DNA from: an uncultured Acidobacteriota bacterium
Lineage (GTDB): Bacteria; Acidobacteriota; Thermoanaerobaculia; UBA5066; DATFVB01
Assembly: GCA_963813155.1 (NCBI GenBank)
Contig: CAWEYG010000003.1
Location: 672,001 to 736,000 of the forward strand
DNA: 64,000 nt
Reading direction: 5' to 3'
The notes below the pieces were generated by a model, which had not been told where the DNA came from, searched no databases, and worked only from the letters and a program-made list of their open reading frames with translations. This document shows, piece by piece, positions 56,809 to 64,000 of this stretch. The position numbers and the translations under genes were made by a program. Each line of letters begins with the position of its first letter. Positions within the stretch are counted from its first letter, which is position 1.

Positions 56809-59229
56809 ATGAACGGACTTCTCCAGGATCTTCGGTACGTTCTCCGCGGGTTTCGGAAGTCGCCCGGTTTCGCGGCGGTCGCCGTCGCGACGCTCGCGCT
56901 CGGGATCGGGGCCAACACGGCGATCTTCACCGTCGTCGACACGGTGCTGCTGCGGCCCCTGAGCTTTCCGGCTCCCGAGCGAATCGTCACGCTGTGGGAC
57001 CGGGATTCCGAGGGCAAGCCCGACAATGTCGGGTGGCCGACTTTCGTGGACTGGAAGCGCGAGACGCGCTCTTTCTCCGACATCGCCGTCCTCTCGTACT
57101 GGAGCCCGACGTTGACCGGTGGGCTCCGGGCCGAATCGCTGGAGGGCCTCCGCGTTACGGAAGGATTTTTCCGGACCCTCGGCGTCTCTCCCGCCCTCGG
57201 CCGAGACTTCCTCCCCGAAGAGGACCGCAAGGACCGAAACCACGTAGTCATTCTCGGAAACGGCCTTTTCGAGAGGCGATTCGGCGGCGACCGCTCGATC
57301 GTCGGGCGCGCGATCTCGCTGGGGGGAACCCCCTACACGGTCGTCGGTGTTCTGCCGAAGCAATTCGACTCGGTCTTCTCGGTCGATCGGCACGAAGACA
57401 CCCAGATCTGGTCCCCGCTCGGCTACGACGCGACGATCCCGTGGGCTTGCCGCGACTGCCGGCACCTCCGCGCCATCGGCCGCCTGAAACCGGGAGCGTC
57501 CCTTGCGGCCGCCAATCTCGATCTCAACCGGGTGGAAACGTCGCTGTTCCGCGCTTACCCGAAGGAATATGCGTCGCCGAAGACGTCGGTGATCCCGCTC
57601 GTCCAGCAGCTCTTCGGAAAGGTCCGCGTGTCCCTTCTCGCCATGCTGGCGGCCGTCGCGCTCGTGCTCGTGATGGCGTGCGCGAACGTCGCGAGCGTCC
57701 TCCTCGCCCGCGTCGGCGAGCGCCGCAAGGAGATCGCCCTGCGATTCGCCCTCGGCGCCAGCCACGGCCGCGTCGTCCGGCTCCTCCTGACGGAAAGCCT
57801 CCTTCTCTCCCTCTTCGGCGGGGCCCTCGGTCTCGCGATCGCGGCGGGGGCTTCCCGCGGCCTCGCCGCGGCCGCTCCGGTCGACCTGCCGAGGCTCTCC
57901 TCGATGGCAATCGACCTGCGCGTCTTCTTCGTCTGCCTGTTGACGTCGATCGCGACGGGCATCGCGTTCGGTCTCGGGCCCGCATTCGCGATGGGCCGTT
58001 TCGATTCCGCCGCGGCCCTGGCCGATTCCTCCGGAGGGACGGCGGGCCGGCAGCGAAGGCGTTTTCTGGCCGGCCTCGTCGTCGCCGACGTCGCGCTCGC
58101 GCTCGTTCTGCTCTCGGGAGCGGGGCTCCTCGTTCGAAGCGTTTCGCGCCTGTTCGGCGTCGAATCCGGATTCGATGCGAGCCGCGTGGCGAAACTCGAC
58201 GTGCATCTCTCCGGCGCCCGCTATCGGAAAGACGAAGCGCTGAACGCGTTCTACCGAAACGCGCTGGACCGGGTCCGTTCGCTCCCCGGCGTCGAGTCGG
58301 CCGCCGTCACGAGCCTGCTGCCGCTCGGGACGAACTTCGACGCCTACGGCGTCCACTCGGAAGACCACCCGAACCCGAATCCCGAGAACGATCCTTCGGC
58401 CGACCGATTCTCCGTGAGCCCCGATTACCTCAAGACGATGCAGATTCCCGTTCTTCGCGGGCGAGGACTCGCCGAGTCCGAAAGCACGCCCGTCGTCCTG
58501 ATCAACCGCGAGCTCGCGCGCGGGGTCTTCGGGACGGCGGATCCGATCGGAAAACGGATCCGGGTGGGGGGCACGGACGGTCCCTGGAGAACGATCGTCG
58601 GAATCGTCGGCGACGTCCGCCAGCGCGGCCTCGACGCCCCCCAGTCGTACCAGGTCTATCTCCCCGCAGAGCAGTTCATGGCGGACAACGACCGAACGAT
58701 CGTGATCCGGACTTCCCGCTCTTTGCCGGGCGCCGTCGCACGGACCGCGGCCGCCGCCGTCGCGGCGCTCGACCGCGACCAGGTCGTCGATCACGTCGGC
58801 ACGATGGAAGAAGTCGTCGCGGCATCCGCCGGCCGGAGGCGCTTCGCCGAAGTCGCCCTCGGAGCTTTCGCCCTGATGGCGATCCTCCTCGCCTCGATCG
58901 GAATCTACGGCGTCGTCGCGCGCGGCGTCGTCCAGCGCCGGCGGGAGTTCGGCATCCGGATGGCCCTCGGCGCGCCGCGAGCGTCCGTTCTGCGGCTCGT
59001 CGCGGCCGGGACATTCGGCTGGATCGCGGCGGGCCTCGCGGTTGGCGTCGCCGGGACCCTCGCGGCCACGCGGCTGCTCCAGAACGAGCTGTTCGCCGTG
59101 AGCCCGCGCGATCCGGCCACGCTCGCCGAAGTCGTCGCCCTGATGACGGCGGTCGGCCTCCTCGCCTGTCTCATCCCCGCCCGGCGCGCCATGCGGGTCG
59201 ACCCGATGACCGCCCTGCGGGAGGAATGA
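56809..59229 (+). CDS. ADOP-type duplicated ABC permease #6
   Basis: 806 aa; WACRDCRH loop in the first periplasmic domain; ends DPMTALREE. Confidence 0.93.
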   Translation: MNGLLQDLRYVLRGFRKSPGFAAVAVATLALGIGANTAIFTVVDTVLLRPLSFPAPERIVTLWDRDSEGKPDNVGWPTFVDWKRETRSFSDIAVLSYWSPTLTGGLRAESLEGLRVTEGFFRTLGVSPALGRDFLPEEDRKDRNHVVILGNGLFERRFGGDRSIVGRAISLGGTPYTVVGVLPKQFDSVFSVDRHEDTQIWSPLGYDATIPWACRDCRHLRAIGRLKPGASLAAANLDLNRVETSLFRAYPKEYASPKTSVIPLVQQLFGKVRVSLLAMLAAVALVLVMACANVASVLLARVGERRKEIALRFALGASHGRVVRLLLTESLLLSLFGGALGLAIAAGASRGLAAAAPVDLPRLSSMAIDLRVFFVCLLTSIATGIAFGLGPAFAMGRFDSAAALADSSGGTAGRQRRRFLAGLVVADVALALVLLSGAGLLVRSVSRLFGVESGFDASRVAKLDVHLSGARYRKDEALNAFYRNALDRVRSLPGVESAAVTSLLPLGTNFDAYGVHSEDHPNPNPENDPSADRFSVSPDYLKTMQIPVLRGRGLAESESTPVVLINRELARGVFGTADPIGKRIRVGGTDGPWRTIVGIVGDVRQRGLDAPQSYQVYLPAEQFMADNDRTIVIRTSRSLPGAVARTAAAAVAALDRDQVVDHVGTMEEVVAASAGRRRFAEVALGAFALMAILLASIGIYGVVARGVVQRRREFGIRMALGAPRASVLRLVAAGTFGWIAAGLAVGVAGTLAATRLLQNELFAVSPRDPATLAEVVALMTAVGLLACLIPARRAMRVDPMTALREE

Positions 59230-59238
59230 GGTGATTCG

Positions 59239-61680
59239 ATGAACGGATTTCTCCACGATCTCCGCTATGCGCTGCGCGGAATCCGGAAGTCGCCCGGGTT
59301 CACGGTCGTCGCCGTCGCGACCCTCGCGCTCGGCATCGGCGCGAATACCGCGATCTTCAGCGTCGTGCGGGCGGTGCTGCTGCGTCCCCTGCCTTTTCCC
59401 CGCGCCGACCGGCTCGTGGCCGTCGATCAGGTCGCCCGGGGCGGGCAGCACGAAGCGATGTCAGCGGCCGATTTCCTGGACGTGGCGGCGCAGACCCGCG
59501 ACACGGTGCGGCTCGCGGCCTCGAGGGAGCGGGAGCTCACGCTCTCGCTCGCCGGCAACCCGGAACGCGTCGGGGCAGCGGTCGTCACGCCGAATTACTT
59601 TTCCGTTCTCGGTCTCGAGCCGCGGCTGGGGCGCGGATTTCTCGAGAGCGGGGCGGGACAGAGGCGCGAAGTCGTCCTCAGCCACTCCCTCTGGGTGCGG
59701 CGATTCGGCTCGCGCCGCGACGCCGTCGGCGAGAACGTGGTGCTCGACGGCGAGCCGGCGAGCATCGTCGGCGTGCTCGGCCCGGGCGCCGACTATCCGG
59801 TCGACACCGAGCTGTGGGCCTCTCCCCGCGCCGGCTTCGCCGCCCCGGAGCATCCCCTCGAGCCCCAATCCGACCCGGCGCAGATGCGCGGGTCGCATTA
59901 CTTCGAGGGGGTCGGGAGGCTTCGCGACGGGATATCGCCGGAACGGGCGCGGGCCGATCTCGATGTCGCGTTCGACCGGGTCGTGAGCGCTCATCCCGAT
60001 TCCGACTTGAAAGACGCGCGCGCGGGAATCGAAGACCTCCACCAGCACGAGGTGAAGGGTTCCCGGGGTTCGCTCTACGCCCTTCTCGGCGCCGTCGGCC
60101 TCGTGCTCCTGATCGCCTGCGCGAACGTCGCGAACCTGCTTCTCGCGCGCGGCACGATTCGTTCGCACGAGATCGCGGTGCGCACGGCGCTCGGCGCCGG
60201 CCGCGCCGCGCTCGTGCGGCTCTTTCTGGCGGAGAGTTGCCTGACGGTGCTCGCCGCCGCCGCGCTCGGCGTCGGCGTCGCGCATCTCGGAACGGGCGCT
60301 CTCGCCGCCCTCCTCACCCGGGGGATCGTCGCCGCCGACACCGTGCGGATCGACGGATCCGTTCTCGCTTTCACCCTTGCGCTCTCGATCGCGGCCGCGC
60401 TCCTGTTCGGCCTCTGGCCCGCGATTCGCTCGTCCGGGCGGGATCCCCAGCTCGTGCTCCAGCGGGGGACGCGGACTTCCTCCGGAGAGCACCGGCTCAC
60501 CCATGGCGCCCTCGTGCTCGTCGAATCCGGCCTTTCGCTGCTCCTTCTCGTCGGAGCCGGACTCCTGCTGAAAAGCCTCTCCCGGATCCTCGCCCAGGAC
60601 GAGGGCTTTCGGGCGGACCGCATCCTCACGCTTGCGACCTCGCTGCCGCCGATCCGATACGCCGATCCGGAAGCCCGCGTTCGTTTCGTCGACCGCGTGC
60701 TGGAGAACGCGCGATCGCTCCCGGGCGCCCGCAGCGCGGCGGTCGTGTCGCGCCTTCCCCTCAATTCCGGCAACAGCACCCGAAGCTTCGTGATCGAAGG
60801 CCACACGTATTCGGCATTTCAGGATTCCGAGCCGCTGAGCCCCGACTACCTGGTCGCCAGCCCGGGCTACTTCGAGTCCCTCGGCATCCCCGTTCTGGCC
60901 GGGCGCTCCTTCACCGACCGCGATCGCGCGAATGCGCCCCCCGTCGCCGTCATCAGCCGGGCGATGGCGCAGGCCTTCTGGCCGGGCGAGAGCCCGATCG
61001 GCAAGCGCATCAAGAACGGGGGGATCTCGGATCCCATACCCTGGGTTACGATCGTGGGCGTCGTCGGCGACGTCCGCCAGCACGACCTCTCCCGGAACGG
61101 CGCTCCGACGCTGTACGTTCCCTACGATCAGGACCCCTGGACGTTTCTCACGGTCGTCGTGCGGACCTCCGGGGCGCCCGAGGCCCTTTCCGGCGCCGCC
61201 ATCGCCGCGATCCGCCGCGCCGATCCCGATCAGGCGGTGTTCAACGTCCGGCCCATGGAAGACGTCGTGGCGCGTTCGATCGGACCGCGCCGCGCGAACA
61301 CCCTCCTCCTCGGGCTCTTCGCGGCGCTCGCGCTCCTCCTCGCGGCCGTCGGCGTCTTCAGCGTGATGTCCTTCGGCGTCGCGCAGCGAACGCGCGAGAT
61401 CGGCATCCGGGTCGCTTTCGGCGCGCGTCCGGCCAACATCCTCCGGCTGATCCTCGGCGACGGCCTTCGCTGGGCCCTTCTCGGCGAAGCGAGCGGGCTC
61501 GTTGCCGTTCTCGCCCTGCGCCGAACCCTGGAGCACTTCGTCTTCGGCGTCCGCGCGACCGATATCGCGACGCTGGCCGGAGCCGCCGGATTGCTTCTGC
61601 TCGTCGCGACGGCGGCCTGCGCCGTTCCCGCCCTTCGCGCCCTTCGGGTCGATCCGCTGACGGCGCTCCGGTACGAGTGA
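59239..61680 (+). CDS. ADOP-type duplicated ABC permease #7
   Basis: 813 aa; same architecture; ends DPLTALRYE. Confidence 0.93.
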   Translation: MNGFLHDLRYALRGIRKSPGFTVVAVATLALGIGANTAIFSVVRAVLLRPLPFPRADRLVAVDQVARGGQHEAMSAADFLDVAAQTRDTVRLAASRERELTLSLAGNPERVGAAVVTPNYFSVLGLEPRLGRGFLESGAGQRREVVLSHSLWVRRFGSRRDAVGENVVLDGEPASIVGVLGPGADYPVDTELWASPRAGFAAPEHPLEPQSDPAQMRGSHYFEGVGRLRDGISPERARADLDVAFDRVVSAHPDSDLKDARAGIEDLHQHEVKGSRGSLYALLGAVGLVLLIACANVANLLLARGTIRSHEIAVRTALGAGRAALVRLFLAESCLTVLAAAALGVGVAHLGTGALAALLTRGIVAADTVRIDGSVLAFTLALSIAAALLFGLWPAIRSSGRDPQLVLQRGTRTSSGEHRLTHGALVLVESGLSLLLLVGAGLLLKSLSRILAQDEGFRADRILTLATSLPPIRYADPEARVRFVDRVLENARSLPGARSAAVVSRLPLNSGNSTRSFVIEGHTYSAFQDSEPLSPDYLVASPGYFESLGIPVLAGRSFTDRDRANAPPVAVISRAMAQAFWPGESPIGKRIKNGGISDPIPWVTIVGVVGDVRQHDLSRNGAPTLYVPYDQDPWTFLTVVVRTSGAPEALSGAAIAAIRRADPDQAVFNVRPMEDVVARSIGPRRANTLLLGLFAALALLLAAVGVFSVMSFGVAQRTREIGIRVAFGARPANILRLILGDGLRWALLGEASGLVAVLALRRTLEHFVFGVRATDIATLAGAAGLLLLVATAACAVPALRALRVDPLTALRYE

Positions 61681-61690
61681 GGAGACCAGA

Positions 61691-64000
61691 ATGAACGGAT
61701 TTCTCCAGGACATTCGCTACGCTCTGAGGAGCTTCCGAAGGAACCCGGCGTTCGCGGCGACGGCCATCCTCACGCTCGCGCTCGGAATCGGGGCGACGAC
61801 GGCGGTCTTCAGCTTCGTGAACGGGATTCTGCTTCGCGCCCTTCCCGCGCCGGAGCCTTCCCGCATCGTTTTCATCACTCGCTCCGGGGACGTCTCCATC
61901 CCGGACGGTCGGGACTGGCGCGCGTCCGCGCCGGCCCTCGGTTCGGTGGGACTCTTCCTGCGCGACTGGGACCTCGACCTCACGGGCCTTGGCGAACCCG
62001 AACGCCTGCGTTCCGCGGTCGTCGAGGCGCAGTACTTTCGCGTTCTTGGCATCGCGCCGCTCGTGGGACGAACGATCGAGCCGGCGGACGACCAGTCGGG
62101 GGGACGCCGGGTCGCGGTCATCCGGGAAGCCTTCTGGAACCGGCGCTTCCGCCGCGACCCCGCGATCGTCGGGAAAGTCATATCCCTGAGCGATCACCCC
62201 ACGACGATCATCGGCGTCATGCCGGACGCCTTCGACGTTCTCGGGGACGGCACCGACGTCTGGGTGCCGGCGGCCGTGGAAACGCCGTGGGCGCTCGGCG
62301 AACGAGGCACCAACAACTTCGACGCGATCGGGCGCCTCGCTCCCGGCGCGAGTCTCGCGACCGCAAAAGCACAGCTTCGCTCCGTTTGCGAGCGGCTCGA
62401 GCGGCAGTTCCCCGCGACGAACCAGGGAAAGGTCGTCGAACCGATTCTGCTGCTGGACTTCCTCACCGGCGCCGTCCGGCGCGGGATTCTCGTGCTGTTC
62501 GCCGCCGTCGCCTTCGTCATGCTGATCGGATGCGTGAACCTCGCGAGCCTCCTGCTTGCGCGGCTCGCTTCGAGGGGACCGGAGCTGGCGGTGCGCCGGG
62601 CGCTCGGCGCGGGCAGTGCCAGGATCTTCCGGCAACTGATCGTCGAGGCGGAAGTCCTCAGTCTCGGCGGCGCGCTGCTCGGAGTCCCGATCGCCGCCGC
62701 CGGAACGCGCATGCTCCTGCGCCTGGCGCCCGCGAGCCTTCCCCGCTCCGGCGGGGTGGCCCTCGACCTGCCCGTCCTCGCGTTCGATTTCGGAGCGGCC
62801 CTGCTCGCGGGACTCGCCTGCGCCGCGATCCCGGTCTGGCGGTCGCGGCGAGCGGATCTCTTCGCGCCGGCCGGCGGCGGACGACAGGCGGGCTCGCTGC
62901 GCCGGAGCGGGTCGCTCGGATGGATCATCGCCTCGGAAATCGCGCTCGCCGTTCCCCTCGTCGTCGGGGCGCAGCTGCTGACGCGGAGTTTCCTGGGATT
63001 GAATCGGGTTCCTCTCGGTTTCGAGCCGCGAGGGGCCCTGACCGCGGAGCTCGTCCTCCCCGAGAGCCGCTACTCCGACCGCGCCGCGCAGACCCGGGCG
63101 TTCCGGCGAATCGTCGGGGAGTTGTCCGCCACGCCGGGGATCGAATCCGCGGCGTCGGTGATCGGGGCTCCCCTCCGTCCGTCCGGGCGCGGAATCGGGT
63201 CCTCGATCGACGTGGCCGGCGCCGCGCCTGACCGCTCAGGACGGGCCCCGAGCGCGCGAGTCCGGCCCGTTCTGGGAGACTATTTTCGCGCCCTCCGCAT
63301 TCCTGTCCTTCGGGGACGGGTTCTCCGAGACGCCGACGACGAGAACCACGAGCCGGTCGCGGTCGTCAATCTCGCCCTTGCCCGGCGGTACTGGCCCGGG
63401 CAGGAGGCGGTCGGGAAGACGATTCGCCTCTCGGGCTGGGACGATCCCCGCTCGTTCCGGGTCGTCGGCCTCGTGGCCGACACGAAGCCCTCGGATCTCA
63501 CGGAAGAAGACACGCGGGCGGTCTACATCCCGTACGCCCAGCGAGCGCCGGCGTGGCAGCGATTCGGCACGATCGTGGTCCGCGCGGCGCGCGGCGCAAC
63601 GAATCTGCTGCCCCGAATTCGCGAGGCGATCTGGAGAGTCGACCCCTCCCTGACGATCTCGGAGATCGAGCCCCTGGACCTTCAGTTCCGCCGGAGCCTC
63701 GCGCCCTCGCGCTTTCTCGCCCAGGTGCTCGGAGGCTTCGCGGCCGCGGCCCTTCTCCTCGCCGCACAGGGCCTTTACGGCGTCCTCGCCTACTCCGTCG
63801 TTCTCCGGCGCAAGGAGATCGGCGTGCGGATCGCGCTGGGAGCGACGCGCGGACGCGTCATCTCCCACATCGCGCGCCGGGCCGCCCTTCCGGTCGCCGC
63901 CGGACTCGGCGCGGGCGTCGCAGCCGCGTTCCTCGCTCGCCGGGTTCTGGGGAACCTCCTGTTCGGGGTCTCGAGCTCCGACCCCGCGACGTACGCCCTG
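61691..64000 (+). CDS. ADOP-type duplicated ABC permease #8, truncated by the window end
   Basis: Not in the ORF track because it is open-ended. ATG 61691 gives MNGFLQDIRYALRSFRRNPAF...LALGIGATTAVFS; the same frame reads LFGVSSSDPATYAL at the window end. Confidence 0.9.
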   Translation, partial: MNGFLQDIRYALRSFRRNPAFAATAILTLALGIGATTAVFSFVNGILLRALPAPEPSRIVFITRSGDVSIPDGRDWRASAPALGSVGLFLRDWDLDLTGLGEPERLRSAVVEAQYFRVLGIAPLVGRTIEPADDQSGGRRVAVIREAFWNRRFRRDPAIVGKVISLSDHPTTIIGVMPDAFDVLGDGTDVWVPAAVETPWALGERGTNNFDAIGRLAPGASLATAKAQLRSVCERLERQFPATNQGKVVEPILLLDFLTGAVRRGILVLFAAVAFVMLIGCVNLASLLLARLASRGPELAVRRALGAGSARIFRQLIVEAEVLSLGGALLGVPIAAAGTRMLLRLAPASLPRSGGVALDLPVLAFDFGAALLAGLACAAIPVWRSRRADLFAPAGGGRQAGSLRRSGSLGWIIASEIALAVPLVVGAQLLTRSFLGLNRVPLGFEPRGALTAELVLPESRYSDRAAQTRAFRRIVGELSATPGIESAASVIGAPLRPSGRGIGSSIDVAGAAPDRSGRAPSARVRPVLGDYFRALRIPVLRGRVLRDADDENHEPVAVVNLALARRYWPGQEAVGKTIRLSGWDDPRSFRVVGLVADTKPSDLTEEDTRAVYIPYAQRAPAWQRFGTIVVRAARGATNLLPRIREAIWRVDPSLTISEIEPLDLQFRRSLAPSRFLAQVLGGFAAAALLLAAQGLYGVLAYSVVLRRKEIGVRIALGATRGRVISHIARRAALPVAAGLGAGVAAAFLARRVLGNLLFGVSSSDPATYAL

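Noticed and set aside
57448-57465. c-type heme attachment site in permease #6
   Set aside because: The motif is CxxCxH (CRDCRH), not CxxCH.
44551-64000. Diversity-generating retroelement or invertase-driven shufflon acting on the permease array
   Set aside because: No reverse transcriptase or recombinase in the window, no TR/VR pair differing at adenines, and all units share one orientation.
1-64000. CRISPR arrays, IS elements, rRNA
   Set aside because: No regularly spaced repeats, transposase motifs or rRNA-like sequence seen.

Overview
High-GC bacterial chromosomal window, most likely Acidobacteriota (inferred from the long run of ADOP-type duplicated MacB/FtsX permeases). 1-4.3 kb: housekeeping genes (alpha/beta hydrolase, GT2, LOG, pyrE, queF, CoA-transferase). 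4.3-16.7 kb: a patchwork of small accessory genes (5'-nucleotidase, cysteine synthase, cupin-DUF4440, VOC, subclass B3 metallo-beta-lactamase with a Q-for-H ligand, racemase, RidA, DinB, mazEF, DUF72). 16.9-25 kb: alpha-2-macroglobulin plus PBP1C. 25.6-31.9 kb: TetR-TolC-MFP-RND efflux operon. 31.9-36.1 kb: an orphan GAF / DUF4388 / CheY-like signalling triplet, a B12 radical SAM enzyme and tRNA-Gly(GCC). 36.1-42.3 kb (minus strand): lon, phosphodiesterase-TPR lipoprotein, cardiolipin synthase-like PLD and a ParB-like protein. 42.5-64 kb holds the most striking element. A sigma54-type promoter with an IHF site and an upstream inverted repeat precedes one membrane-fusion protein, one ABC ATPase and at least eight tandem, divergent ~800-aa ADOP permeases. 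These have stereotyped junctions (including an exact 26-bp direct repeat flanking one unit) and a hypervariable periplasmic loop. About 14 single-base frameshifts, several in short G/C runs and in core genes such as pyrE and lon, are most likely long-read assembly errors. Many genes have a TANNNT -10 box 6-14 nt before the start codon, suggesting leaderless or very short-leader mRNAs. All family calls come from motif recognition, not database searches.
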